IMG/VR virus record: IMGVR_UViG_3300025916_000011
From: an uncultured virus (IMG/VR IMGVR_UViG_3300025916_000011)
Taxonomy: Duplodnaviria; Heunggongvirae; Uroviricota; Caudoviricetes
Length of the DNA: 64,000 nt
Reading direction: 5' to 3' (one strand)
Below the pieces are notes generated by a model. The model ran no database searches, was not told the origin of the DNA, and saw only the letters and a program-made list of their open reading frames with translations. How positions within the stretch are numbered: position 1 is the stretch's first letter; every line of letters begins with the position of its first letter. Shown here piece after piece: positions 8,935 through 19,263 of this stretch. The position numbers and the translations under genes are program-made.

Positions 8935-11900
8935 AGAAACTACTGGCAGTCGTTCTGTTCGCTTCTCTCCAAGCCTTCGCTACGGTCACAGTGAACGCGA
9001 CGTTCAATTCTCCGACCGGCCAGCCTGCCTCATTTGCCTACCTGACGTTGGACCTCGAGAACTGCGGCTACAACGTTCCCATCGTGCCAAGTTCTTCGAC
9101 GACGATGGTCCTGAAGCACATGCAGCTGCGGCCGAGTCAACTGCCAGCGACGATCTACGGGAACAACGAGATAACCTGCGGAAACTCGTACTCAACTCTA
9201 TGGCACGTGACAGCCTGGGCGGATTCGAATACGCCGATTGCCGGCGATTTGAATTATGACCTGTGCAGTTCTTCAACGAACTGCCTGGTGGCCTCCACGG
9301 GTGCATTCAATCTGGCGCAGAGCCAGCCATTCATGGGCACTCCTCCCCCGCCGGGATTCCGCAGCATCTTCGGCAATCCTACGCAGAGCCAGCTGGTGAA
9401 ACAGCCGAGCGGGACTTCGTTCTCGTTCGTCGGCACGTTGGATCTGACGCAGGCAACGGTTGTCGGACTGAGCGCGATCGGCATCAACGCCACGCAGATT
9501 GGGGGAATCAACGTCTGCACGACGGCGCCAACAAACAATCAGGTGTTGACGTTCGTGCAGGGAACGAATAGCTGGTGCCCGGGCGCCGCAGGACAGAATG
9601 CGAATGCTTCGCAGCTGCAGGGATTCAATGTCTCGAGCACGGCGCCGACAAGTGGACAGTTCCTTGGCTGGACTGGAAGCCTGTGGGCGCCTACGGCCAT
9701 TACGGGGTTCTTGCCCACGACGGGCGGGACGCTGACCGGCGCTCTGACACTCTCAGCGAATGCGGCCACGAATTTACAGCCAACGACTCTCCAGCAGGTG
9801 ACTGGGCTGCTTACTGCTAAAGCCGACCTGACTGGAGGGTTTGTTCCCCAAGCAGAACTGGGAACGGGTTCGCTTGGGACGGGAACCAAGTGCCTGCTCG
9901 ACAATCACAGCTTTGGAACCTGCGGATCAGGTTCTGGATCCGGCACGGTCTCAACGGGCACCCAGAACTTCCTCGCGCTGTACACCACGCCGGGGAGCGG
10001 AACCACGGTTGGACCAAGCAAGTTCTCGGATACTTCTACAGTCGGTGCTTACACCGGAACCCAGTTCCAGTTTCCTCAAGGCTCGAACGCATCGCCGGCG
10101 TTCTTCTTTCAGGGCACGAATATTGGGATGTACATTGGGGCGATTTCTGAGCAGTTCCAGGTCACGTCGACGTCTGCTTCGGGCGGGACAGCCACAATCG
10201 TCATTGCGAGCTCTGCCGGCTTCGCGATCAATCCGAAAGTCGGTGAGTACTTTGTAACCTCGGGCATCGGTGGCGGCTATGACTGCGCCATGCCAAACCC
10301 GTGCGTTATCACAGGGGTAAGTGGCGCGAATGTCAGCTACCTATCCTCTGGCACTGGCAGCTTCAGTTCGGGAACATTCAACTATGTCTACCCGACTCTG
10401 ACCCAGACAGCCTCGCGAAAGCTGGTGTTCAACAGCCTGCTCTCATCGACCAACAATGCGGCTCTGTCCTGCTCTCTCTGCTTGGCCGCGGGAGATACGG
10501 TTGCCTACCACGACACAACCCTAAACGCCGATGTCGTGGAATTGCAGGGCTGGACCGGAACCGGAACCAAGGGCCGCGTACAGATCGGGGACTTGCCTTC
10601 GAAGGTTCCGACCGCGGGCGCAATCGTCCCTGGCACCCTCGAGGTTCAAGGCAACGTAACATTCGACGGTTCTTGCACGGGATGCGGAGCGGGCGGCGCG
10701 GGCCTACAGAACCAGATGGCGTTCTATAGCGCGAACGGGAATACCTCAGTCGGCAACTCCAACACCACGGAGAACGGGACAACGTTCTCCTACTCGGGTA
10801 CAGGCGGCGGAAACTTCGCCAACGGAATCAGCGCCAACGGGACAGCCGGCATTCTGGCGAAGTTGGCATTCCCCGGCGCTCCCATGGCAGTCAGTCCGGT
10901 AGGCTATGTGGCCTACGGTGCCTCGAATGACGGGCACTCTTATGGTTCAGAGAACGGCGGCGCAATCTTCCAATGGCTGACCTCGGCCACCCTGACCCGC
11001 GGCCAGCGCGTATTCGGCACGGCCTTGGGAAATGGAGTGAATGTCACTGCTGGCTCAGAGTACGAATACACCTCGCTCTTGGCTGGTGCGACGGCTGACG
11101 CGCGTCTTCAGCAGTGCATCACGGATCTCGCGAGTTCTGGCGGAATCTGCGACATGACCGGGGAAGCCTCGGCTATCTCGCCAGCGGCCACAATTACCAT
11201 CACGACCAACAACATCACGATTTATTGGGTTTCTGGCACTTATACCGAAGGCAACAGCATCACGATCAACATCTCAGGCAATAACGACCAAGTTCTTTGC
11301 CTGCAGAAGTGGACTTGCACGATTGACGCCTCAAACAACGGGGCGGTGGGCGCGTTCAATATCAATGCCGGGCAGAATAACCTGCTCTCTGGTTTTAAGG
11401 TACTCGGCGGCCGCCTGACGAGCCAAGCAGGATTCGAAGTGAACATCTCCGGTTCACACAACGCCATGCAGGATATGTGGATTGTGAACGGCGGGGCATG
11501 GGGATCGCAGTTCGTCAACTGCTTCGAGTGCTCTGGAGTCCGCAACCGCATCGAGCAGGCGACTCGCGCGGGCATCGGGGTCACTGGCTCAGCTTTGGCA
11601 GTGTCGACGGCCACGCGAGTTGGGACACTCGCCACAATCACCACCACCGCGGCGCAAATCATCGGCGGAACCGGGACACGCACCTTCGTAGATATGCAGT
11701 CCTGTTCCTTGAGTCCGTACAACGGAGTCTTTCAGGCGACGGCGACCGGGGCAAATACCTTCACCTACACGATGGCCTCTGACCCGGGCGGATCGGCCAC
11801 GTCCTGCACCTATACCATCTACACCGAAGGCACTCTTATTGCGGACAATGTGCTGATCGACAACAACACGATCGACACAGGAGACGGTGGGCTAGCGATT

Positions 11901-13196
11901 CAATCAGCTTCGGGCATTGGAGTGGTCGAAGGCACAATCGTCAGAGGCAACACCGTCCGCTACAACTCCTACGGAACTGCTAGTTGCAACGGTGATACCA
12001 CGGGTGCGACTCCGCTAAGCGTGACCCTGGCGGGCAATGGCGCAACGATCACGGCGACAGTTGGCGCGGGCGTTACGGCTCCGAACCAAATGATGCTGAC
12101 CAGTCCGACGGCCAGCGTCGTGACCTTCAGCGGGATTACTGGCGGCGGCCTGGCGAACGCTACGCCGTTCACCGTGGCAAGTGTTGGCGCTACCACTTTC
12201 ACCATCACGAACGCCAACTGCAACCCGTCTTGCACCGGAACAATCACCTTCGTCATTAACGGCCATGGTAGCCTGGCGACAGGATGCTCGGAAGGCATTC
12301 AGCAGACAGATAAAGCCACAGACACGGAGATCGTCGGGAATACGGTCATCAACTCCTACCGCGAATCCTTCGCGACCTCGGGGACCGGCCTGAATATGCA
12401 CGCGAACCGCTGCATCAACCCTGCACTGCTCGGTGGTAGCGGGAACGGATGCTTCATGCTATCAGTCTCGAGCGGCGGTGGGCTGACGATCGCGGGCGAT
12501 GCGGTCATGGCGGATAACATCGCAATCAATGGTGGAACGAACTCGAACGCCTATGCATTCTCCGTCCAGGCGGGCACTGGATCCTCGAATACGACATTCC
12601 AGAACATTGACATCCACGACAACCAAATTGACGGCACAGTGACAGCCTTTGGAAATGGCGTGCGCTGGAATAACGCCTCGACCAACACCATGACGCTGAA
12701 AAATATCAGCGTTCACAACAATACCATGGTGGCAGCAACGACAGGCTTTGTCCTAAACAACAGCGTGGCCGGCACGACTACGATCTCAAACGTCGGCGTC
12801 CATGATAACCCAATGAGCGGGTTCACGACGGCCATCTCGATCCTGAACGGCGGCGGTGGCACACTAAACGGTGCGATCTACAGCCTGAATAACGGCACCA
12901 TGATCCAGGCCGTTCCTCTGACCGTAGCGCTTGGCACAACGACGGTGAACGCGAATACATGCAACACGGTATCAGGATCACCATTCACGGCGACAGGCGT
13001 CACGACTACCAGTCGGCTGAGTTGGAGCTTTGAAGCCACTCCCAACGGAGTGACAGGTTACACCCCAAGCGCAGCCACGTTGAATGTTGTGACTTATCCC
13101 ACAGCGAATGCGATCAACGTCCTTCTCTGCAACCCGACTGGTGGTGGCATTACCCCGGCGGCGATGAGCATTTCAGTAGATGCACGCAATCCGTAA
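8931..13196 (+). CDS. 1421-aa tail-fibre/spike-like protein with Sec signal peptide and right-handed beta-helix region
   Basis: MKKLLAVVLFASLQAFA|TV; fibre repeats (STAPTSGQFLGWTGSLWAP, FLPTTGGTLTGALTL); Asn-ladder beta-helix repeats (IADNVLIDNN, IVRGNTV, IHDNQI); ATGA start at 8931. Confidence 0.8.
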   Translation: MKKLLAVVLFASLQAFATVTVNATFNSPTGQPASFAYLTLDLENCGYNVPIVPSSSTTMVLKHMQLRPSQLPATIYGNNEITCGNSYSTLWHVTAWADSNTPIAGDLNYDLCSSSTNCLVASTGAFNLAQSQPFMGTPPPPGFRSIFGNPTQSQLVKQPSGTSFSFVGTLDLTQATVVGLSAIGINATQIGGINVCTTAPTNNQVLTFVQGTNSWCPGAAGQNANASQLQGFNVSSTAPTSGQFLGWTGSLWAPTAITGFLPTTGGTLTGALTLSANAATNLQPTTLQQVTGLLTAKADLTGGFVPQAELGTGSLGTGTKCLLDNHSFGTCGSGSGSGTVSTGTQNFLALYTTPGSGTTVGPSKFSDTSTVGAYTGTQFQFPQGSNASPAFFFQGTNIGMYIGAISEQFQVTSTSASGGTATIVIASSAGFAINPKVGEYFVTSGIGGGYDCAMPNPCVITGVSGANVSYLSSGTGSFSSGTFNYVYPTLTQTASRKLVFNSLLSSTNNAALSCSLCLAAGDTVAYHDTTLNADVVELQGWTGTGTKGRVQIGDLPSKVPTAGAIVPGTLEVQGNVTFDGSCTGCGAGGAGLQNQMAFYSANGNTSVGNSNTTENGTTFSYSGTGGGNFANGISANGTAGILAKLAFPGAPMAVSPVGYVAYGASNDGHSYGSENGGAIFQWLTSATLTRGQRVFGTALGNGVNVTAGSEYEYTSLLAGATADARLQQCITDLASSGGICDMTGEASAISPAATITITTNNITIYWVSGTYTEGNSITINISGNNDQVLCLQKWTCTIDASNNGAVGAFNINAGQNNLLSGFKVLGGRLTSQAGFEVNISGSHNAMQDMWIVNGGAWGSQFVNCFECSGVRNRIEQATRAGIGVTGSALAVSTATRVGTLATITTTAAQIIGGTGTRTFVDMQSCSLSPYNGVFQATATGANTFTYTMASDPGGSATSCTYTIYTEGTLIADNVLIDNNTIDTGDGGLAIQSASGIGVVEGTIVRGNTVRYNSYGTASCNGDTTGATPLSVTLAGNGATITATVGAGVTAPNQMMLTSPTASVVTFSGITGGGLANATPFTVASVGATTFTITNANCNPSCTGTITFVINGHGSLATGCSEGIQQTDKATDTEIVGNTVINSYRESFATSGTGLNMHANRCINPALLGGSGNGCFMLSVSSGGGLTIAGDAVMADNIAINGGTNSNAYAFSVQAGTGSSNTTFQNIDIHDNQIDGTVTAFGNGVRWNNASTNTMTLKNISVHNNTMVAATTGFVLNNSVAGTTTISNVGVHDNPMSGFTTAISILNGGGGTLNGAIYSLNNGTMIQAVPLTVALGTTTVNANTCNTVSGSPFTATGVTTTSRLSWSFEATPNGVTGYTPSAATLNVVTYPTANAINVLLCNPTGGGITPAAMSISVDARNP

Positions 13197-16100
13197 GTGA
13201 ATCGTTTCTCCCTCATCCTAGTGCTGGCCCTCTGTAGTTCGGCCTTGGCCGCGACCCAGCCTTGCGGCACAGGAACGACGCCCTGCCAGATGATCTCTAG
13301 CGCGTCGGACTTTCCGCTCGTCTCGACGCAGCCGAACTACGCACCAGCGAATAACTTTATTCTGCCCAACCCGACATTTACAGGGCCATCGCTGCTCATC
13401 AGTTGGGGTGACACGACCGGAACGGAAAACTCCGCGCTTCGATTAGACACTGGCACGACAGCACCATCATTTGACTTCACAGGCCTCGATTCCGCTCTCG
13501 CGGTGAACATTATCCCCAACAAGGGGCGCTTTAATCTAATCGTCCAGCCGGCATTTCTCGGAGTCGGTGGGACGATCAACAGCGCGACCCCGCTCTACAT
13601 CTACCGGCAGGATTACGCGGATTCCGTCTATCTCACCTATGCCGCCGGTTTGGTTGTCATCCCCGGCTGGTACATCTGCCTCAATGGAACCTGTCCGGGC
13701 ACGGGGCAATACTGGCAAGTCACATCGACCACAATTTCCGGGGTGAGTGCGACCTGCGCGCTGGCTGGAACCACAACCTTCCCCAGTTCTCCCATCGTCG
13801 GCCAAACTGTGACCGACTCTTGCGCGACCTTTGCCTACGTGGGTCCGCATGCTCCTCCCCAGGATACGGCTTTTTCGAGCACCTATAAGGGCCATGGATA
13901 TTCCTTGACGGTGGCGAGTGGATCTCAGTCGGGAACGACTGGCACGGTGACGGCCTCTGGCTTTGCGCCAACGTGGAAGTCTGGCGATCTGGTAACGGTA
14001 GCATTTGCAAGCGATCCCCGCCTGAACTGTACAAACTGTGCAGTGGTGGGGACGCCAACAGCAACCACCGTCAGTTACCAAATGGCAACCTCGGCCGTGA
14101 TTAACTCCGAGGTTTGTACCGGAGCCTGCACGATATCCGGGAAACACTCTGCCAATATCAATAGCGCGAACGCGACTCCTGCCCTGCTCGCGACAGGCCT
14201 TGCAGTCTGCTACGAATTGCCCTGCACCACAGCGATGAAGAATCTGATGCTACGGGTGCTAGAGCACTACTCCGCGAATTGTGCATCGGGCACTGAGCCT
14301 CCCTGCTCAGGCAACGCCGGAAACAATGGGCCTGCGCTCGGTAAATTCCTCGGCTACGTCCGCTTTGGTCTGCAGCATGGCGGCGAGAACGTTGTGGACG
14401 ATCCTTCGGTCTGGTCAACCTTCGCGCTGACATCGACCGCATTCAAGCCGATCTATTTGAGTTGGGTGAACTCGATGGATCAGTACGAGAACGTCACAAA
14501 CCTGGCGAACGCGAACGTCTGGTTGAATGGCAATCTCTATACCAACGTAAACCCCGCGACGAGCGCCCCAGATACGGACTTCCCCGACTTCGAAGCGACC
14601 TATGCCGTCCAGAACAACATAGGGATTGATCAGAACGGACTGAACAGCGCAGACATGACAGCCGGCGGCGTCCCGCCGAATTGTGCCGCTGGTCCCAATG
14701 TGAACGTCACGGGCGATCTGGTCTACAACTGGTGCAAATACATCGTTCCGACCGTGGCGGGGCAGTGTAAGTACAAAATGCCGAACGGCCAATGCGCATG
14801 GGGAACTTTGCAGACCCAGAGTTGCTCGACGCCCGGAATTGCGTCGGGGACTCAGGGCGGAACGAGTTGCTCCTCTGGTTCCTACTCGCCTATCCCCGGC
14901 TTCATCGGTCTAGCAGCCTGGGCTTCGTTGCTTCATAACACGAATCTCGAAGTCTACACGTCGGATCTTTTGCAAGGATTCGACCTGACTCCCACAGCGC
15001 TTCAGTGCCCGCAGTGCAGCACGCCGTTCCAGTTGCCCTATTTCGAGTCTTACGCGACCTTCCGCAACAGTCCAGAACTGATTCAGGCTGGCAATTGGGG
15101 CAGCGGGGCTACTGGGGGAGCGTTCACGATCGCCCCGGTGCCATTGGTCAATCTGCCGACAATCGGAGTTGCGAATCACGAATGTGACTCATCGTTTACT
15201 TATGAACTCTCTTTGCCGAATACGTGGGTCACGAGCGCGGCCCCAGGCTGGCCTGCGCATCTTCCCTATGCCCTGTCGCAAACCGGGATCCAGTTAGCCG
15301 TTAACGATATGGAAGCGTACCGGACGGCAAACAACGTCGGGATCAAACTCGACATTCCGCCCGGGGTTTACTCCGGCTCGGCGCCACTGACGCTTCCTCA
15401 GACAAGCACTACGGCATCCTCTTCGAGTCATTGCCTGATTCTCGCTTCCACGCAGGATTCCAACCTGCCAAACGGTCGCACAGTTTGCTCTCATGGCATT
15501 CAAGACAACCTCGCATCATCGACCGATCCAGGAGTTGAGAACTTCGACTGCACGGGCACGCAGATGACGTACCAGCTAGGAACGACTGTCACTCCGATTC
15601 CAGTGGGCACATTCACTCTGGCGAATGGGACGGTGACGAACACCTCGGCCTACAACGATGTGCAGTTCATGTGGACGTGGGAGATTACAGGCGTAAATAA
15701 GCCGGTAATCCAAGTGTGTTCGCCCATCGGCGTGAGTGGGACTTCCGTCCCTCCTCTTTGCGGAGCTACGGTGATCGGCCCTGATCATTGGCTAATTATG
15801 GACGCGGAAGGACGGCCACAGGCTGGACTAATTACCAATGCTGACATTTTCTCTGTCGGCCAAACTGGGACAGAAACAGCGACCACGCAATTCGCTTCGC
15901 ATATTCATTGGCGCAAGGATTGGGGGCATGGAGACTGGGCGCACACGGTCGCTGGGCTCTCTGTTGGGATCAATGCTATCGGCAGGGTGTTTTTCCTGAG
16001 TTGTTTTAATTGCTCAATCGTTGATAGCTACGCGAGCGAAGCGATTACGCCTGGGGCAGAAGGGCATATCGTCGGTTGCGGAATGGGGTCAATTTTCAAG

Positions 16101-17585
16101 ATTAACCACAACTGGTTCAGCGGAGAATCGCAGAGCGTTCTGTGTGGGGGAACTTCTACGCCAACGGTTGCCGGCTACGTCATGGGGAAAGACCTGGAGA
16201 TTCGCAGGAATCGGTTTAGTTTCCCCTACGCATGGCTCGGAGTGCTCAAGATCCCTGCGGGTAATCCGCACTGGGCCAATCAGAGCATCGGGCGTAAAAA
16301 CCTCTTCGAGATGAAGCAGGGCGAGCGGCAAGTAATCATGGGCAACATTCTCGAAAACGATGATAACTCTGGCGGGCAATCTGGGCCGGAAAGTGTGTTT
16401 ACAGTAAGAAATTTTGATGGTGCCAATTACCTCGCAACAATCACCGATTTATATGTGAACTCCAACATTTTCCGAAACACTTGCGAGGGACACCAGGTTG
16501 CTGGTAGGTCAGGAATCGGTGGGAACGGGTCAGGTGTGTCTCGCGGTATGCAGCGCGTCTGGTTCTTGAATAATCTCCATTACAACTATTCCGTGTCCAA
16601 CCCGGGCTGTACGGGTGTTAACAACACTGGTCAAAAAATCACTACCGCCGGTGAGCATTGGAATGGGACGATGACGAGAGATGCCACTGGAACGGTGGCG
16701 ACCTTCATTGCGACTTGCACTACGGATGTTGGCGGGAATTGTCCTCTCGGGCCGCCACCGCTTGGATTCCAGCAGACTCAGATTCAGATTGGTGACCATG
16801 TTGCGGTTACGGGATGCACTGTGGATTCCGGCTTCAACACTCCGGCTAACGGTAGCGGAGTAGTCTTGGGGGCAGCTGCGCTTTATGGAACGTTGCCATC
16901 TGGTCTTACTGTGGTGTTTCCGAACGCAGGAACCCCGAACTCTGTCGATTCTTCGGGAAACTGTCAGATAACGAACACTCAGGGTTACCCGAATAATCTA
17001 ATTTGGACGCATAACACTGCCGTAAGTGCAGTAACCGGCGGAGAGGTGCTCGGCAATCAGGTGAACCCTTCTGGGTATCCCTACAGTCTTTCTGGAGTCT
17101 TCCGCGACAGCATCTTCACCGGAATATCAGGATGGAACAACAACAACGGCGAAGGCACCGTCACCCAAGGGCAAGACTGGGATACCACCACGCTGACCGC
17201 CGACCATCTGGTTTGGGCAGGTCGTACAGCTTCGAAGTACACCGAGTACTCGAACAACACTTTAGTTCAGCAGTTGGGTTGCTTCTTTACTTCGGCAGAG
17301 CATTGCACTCCGCCACTCTCGATGTTTTTCCCGACGACGCCATACTGTACGGGTGCAACGTCGACTTCATCGTGTATTGGATTTGTGGGAGAGATGAGCG
17401 CGAGCAGTTTGAATCTTGCGTTGCCGGACTACCACGGCTACGCGCTGCGCTCAGACAGTTCTTTTATCAATAGCGCCTCAGACGGCACACAAATGGGCGC
17501 GAGCATTTCCGCGATCGACGCGGCCCAGACCCAGAAGCAGTTCGTATGTCCATGGGCATGCACGATGAATCCGCAACCGGACTGA
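13197..17585 (+). CDS. 1462-aa secreted putative depolymerase/adhesin (glycoside-hydrolase-like N-half, beta-helix C-half)
   Basis: MNRFSLILVLALCSSALA|; SW..E...FDFTGLD TIM-barrel-like start; KNLFEMKQGERQVIMGNILEN beta-helix; many cysteine pairs. Confidence 0.7.
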   Translation: MNRFSLILVLALCSSALAATQPCGTGTTPCQMISSASDFPLVSTQPNYAPANNFILPNPTFTGPSLLISWGDTTGTENSALRLDTGTTAPSFDFTGLDSALAVNIIPNKGRFNLIVQPAFLGVGGTINSATPLYIYRQDYADSVYLTYAAGLVVIPGWYICLNGTCPGTGQYWQVTSTTISGVSATCALAGTTTFPSSPIVGQTVTDSCATFAYVGPHAPPQDTAFSSTYKGHGYSLTVASGSQSGTTGTVTASGFAPTWKSGDLVTVAFASDPRLNCTNCAVVGTPTATTVSYQMATSAVINSEVCTGACTISGKHSANINSANATPALLATGLAVCYELPCTTAMKNLMLRVLEHYSANCASGTEPPCSGNAGNNGPALGKFLGYVRFGLQHGGENVVDDPSVWSTFALTSTAFKPIYLSWVNSMDQYENVTNLANANVWLNGNLYTNVNPATSAPDTDFPDFEATYAVQNNIGIDQNGLNSADMTAGGVPPNCAAGPNVNVTGDLVYNWCKYIVPTVAGQCKYKMPNGQCAWGTLQTQSCSTPGIASGTQGGTSCSSGSYSPIPGFIGLAAWASLLHNTNLEVYTSDLLQGFDLTPTALQCPQCSTPFQLPYFESYATFRNSPELIQAGNWGSGATGGAFTIAPVPLVNLPTIGVANHECDSSFTYELSLPNTWVTSAAPGWPAHLPYALSQTGIQLAVNDMEAYRTANNVGIKLDIPPGVYSGSAPLTLPQTSTTASSSSHCLILASTQDSNLPNGRTVCSHGIQDNLASSTDPGVENFDCTGTQMTYQLGTTVTPIPVGTFTLANGTVTNTSAYNDVQFMWTWEITGVNKPVIQVCSPIGVSGTSVPPLCGATVIGPDHWLIMDAEGRPQAGLITNADIFSVGQTGTETATTQFASHIHWRKDWGHGDWAHTVAGLSVGINAIGRVFFLSCFNCSIVDSYASEAITPGAEGHIVGCGMGSIFKINHNWFSGESQSVLCGGTSTPTVAGYVMGKDLEIRRNRFSFPYAWLGVLKIPAGNPHWANQSIGRKNLFEMKQGERQVIMGNILENDDNSGGQSGPESVFTVRNFDGANYLATITDLYVNSNIFRNTCEGHQVAGRSGIGGNGSGVSRGMQRVWFLNNLHYNYSVSNPGCTGVNNTGQKITTAGEHWNGTMTRDATGTVATFIATCTTDVGGNCPLGPPPLGFQQTQIQIGDHVAVTGCTVDSGFNTPANGSGVVLGAAALYGTLPSGLTVVFPNAGTPNSVDSSGNCQITNTQGYPNNLIWTHNTAVSAVTGGEVLGNQVNPSGYPYSLSGVFRDSIFTGISGWNNNNGEGTVTQGQDWDTTTLTADHLVWAGRTASKYTEYSNNTLVQQLGCFFTSAEHCTPPLSMFFPTTPYCTGATSTSSCIGFVGEMSASSLNLALPDYHGYALRSDSSFINSASDGTQMGASISAIDAAQTQKQFVCPWACTMNPQPD

Positions 17586-17596
17586 GGAGAGTGAAT

Positions 17597-17845
17597 ATGT
17601 GGAATAAATTTTGGCTTTGGCTCGGAGAGAAGTACGAGACTAACCCGGTATTTCACGGGGCAGTCGCCGCGGCGGAAGGCGGCGCTGTCGCGGGCCTCGG
17701 AACCTGGATCACTGCGGGGGCCCCTCTGACAAAGCAGGGGCTGGCGGCTGCCCTAGCTGGTGTCGGTGGTGGAGCGGGAATCGCACTGCGCAACTACTTC
17801 AAGAATCGGCTGACTCAGCCGGCGACGGGAGCACCCAAAGCCTAA
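17597..17845 (+). CDS. Small membrane protein, holin candidate
   Basis: GAGGAG SD; Gly/Ala-rich hydrophobic segments, basic tail; upstream of the candidate endolysin. Confidence 0.55.
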   Translation: MWNKFWLWLGEKYETNPVFHGAVAAAEGGAVAGLGTWITAGAPLTKQGLAAALAGVGGGAGIALRNYFKNRLTQPATGAPKA

Positions 17846-18094
17846 ATGAACGAGACGGGATTCACTCTGCTAGAGCATCACTTAACCTTCGGCGCGATTA
17901 TGACCATGTGGGCCAGCATGGTCGGCGCTGGAGTCTGGATCCTTAACAAGCACAAAGTCTGGCTCAACATCAAGAACCGTTTGAACGATCTTTGGTGGGA
18001 CCGTTGCGCGATCCGACAAGAGCGGTACACGCCTCTTGAGAATGGCGCACCGGCAGTAATACCTCCGCGACCTTCGCACCATCACGGCGACTAG
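17846..18094 (+). CDS. Single-TM protein, holin/antiholin candidate
   Basis: TM LTFGAIMTMWASMVGAGVWIL; TAAATG coupling. Confidence 0.55.
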   Translation: MNETGFTLLEHHLTFGAIMTMWASMVGAGVWILNKHKVWLNIKNRLNDLWWDRCAIRQERYTPLENGAPAVIPPRPSHHHGD

Positions 18095-18463
18095 ATGTGG
18101 ATTTATTCACAGTCCTCCGGCCTTCTCACGAAGGATGGGATTCACGTTGGCTACGGCTACTCCGGCGCAGAACCTGACGGTAAAAACAATCCAGCCATGG
18201 AAGCAACGCCAAACGTCGGGCCCATTCCCCAAGGCGATTGGATGATCTCGGGACCTCCACAGGACACGAAAGAGCACGGGCCCTACGTTCTTAAGCTGGA
18301 TCCGAAAGATGGGACATTTACCTTCGGGCGTTCCGGGTTTCTTGTACATGGTGACTCTTTGGAATCCCCTGGGACCGCCTCAAAAGGTTGTATCGTCGCC
18401 AATCGAATTGTGCGAACGAGAATTTGGCAGAGCGGAGACGCGGATTTGCAGGTGATTCCGTGA
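18095..18463 (+). CDS. DUF2778/Tlde1-type L,D-transpeptidase-fold protein, candidate endolysin
   Basis: GYSG...NNP...NVGPIPQGDW...FGRSGFLVHGDS...ASKGCIV (His...SxGC catalytic motif). Confidence 0.85.
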   Translation: MWIYSQSSGLLTKDGIHVGYGYSGAEPDGKNNPAMEATPNVGPIPQGDWMISGPPQDTKEHGPYVLKLDPKDGTFTFGRSGFLVHGDSLESPGTASKGCIVANRIVRTRIWQSGDADLQVIP

Positions 18464-18687
18464 GCCACGGTCTGACTCCACGCGAGGTTGAATCGCTGGA
18501 ATTGGCTGCTGACGGGCATCGCTCACTGGATATTGCACGGATGTGGGGATACACAAAAGCGAAGCATGGAAACGACACTGGTCCGAGCCATGTACGAAGA
18601 GTCTGGAAAAATGCTGAGGAAAAATTGGGCGCCGACACGATCACGCAAGCAGTGGCGATGGCTCTGAGGCGCGGACTGATTCAATGA
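18460..18687 (+). CDS. Stand-alone LuxR/GerE HTH regulator
   Basis: GLTPREVESLELAADGHRSLDIA...KLGADTITQAVAMALRRGLI; GTGA overlap. Confidence 0.85.
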   Translation: MSHGLTPREVESLELAADGHRSLDIARMWGYTKAKHGNDTGPSHVRRVWKNAEEKLGADTITQAVAMALRRGLIQ

Positions 18688-19259
18688 GCCATCCATTTAG
18701 CAATAACGGTTTGGCCTGTGGAGTCTGCAAAGTCTGTGGCGATGCGATTACCGTCCATGAATTCCTTGAGATTGCGCCGGGGAAGACGGTTCGCGTCGGT
18801 CCTCCAATCCCGAAGCACTGCCTATTTGTCTCAACCGTGACCTTCGATCCAATCAGTGCCTACATTCGCTGGCGAACGAACTGCGCATGGTCCCACACAG
18901 GCTGGTATCGCCTTTCTGACGGCTGGACCTATTCAGCTATGTCCGACGGTAAAGGACTCGACTGGCGGCCCCCGAATGCGCGCGCAAAGATACTTCTACT
19001 GGACGCTCCGGGGGTAGATGAATCTCTGGCGAAGGCATTGGAGCATCGCGGAGCAGGGTACGACTTCTTTCAGATATTGGGCCTTGGGCTGGCGCGGGAC
19101 TGGTCAATGCCGGGGCGGTTCATCTGCGACAAGGCAGTGTTCTATTTCCAGCAGCAGGCAGGATTTCCGCTGCTGAATCACACGTTCATTCAATTGAACA
19201 AACTCACACCAGAAAGCATTCTGCTCAGTGAGCACGTAACTGAGAGAAAACAAGGATAA
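18684..19259 (+). CDS. Permuted papain-like NlpC/P60 amidase (YiiX/YebB-like)
   Basis: ISAYIRWRT..WSH precedes GYDF...RFIC, i.e. His before Cys. Confidence 0.75.
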   Translation: MSHPFSNNGLACGVCKVCGDAITVHEFLEIAPGKTVRVGPPIPKHCLFVSTVTFDPISAYIRWRTNCAWSHTGWYRLSDGWTYSAMSDGKGLDWRPPNARAKILLLDAPGVDESLAKALEHRGAGYDFFQILGLGLARDWSMPGRFICDKAVFYFQQQAGFPLLNHTFIQLNKLTPESILLSEHVTERKQG

Positions 19260-19263
19260 ATCT

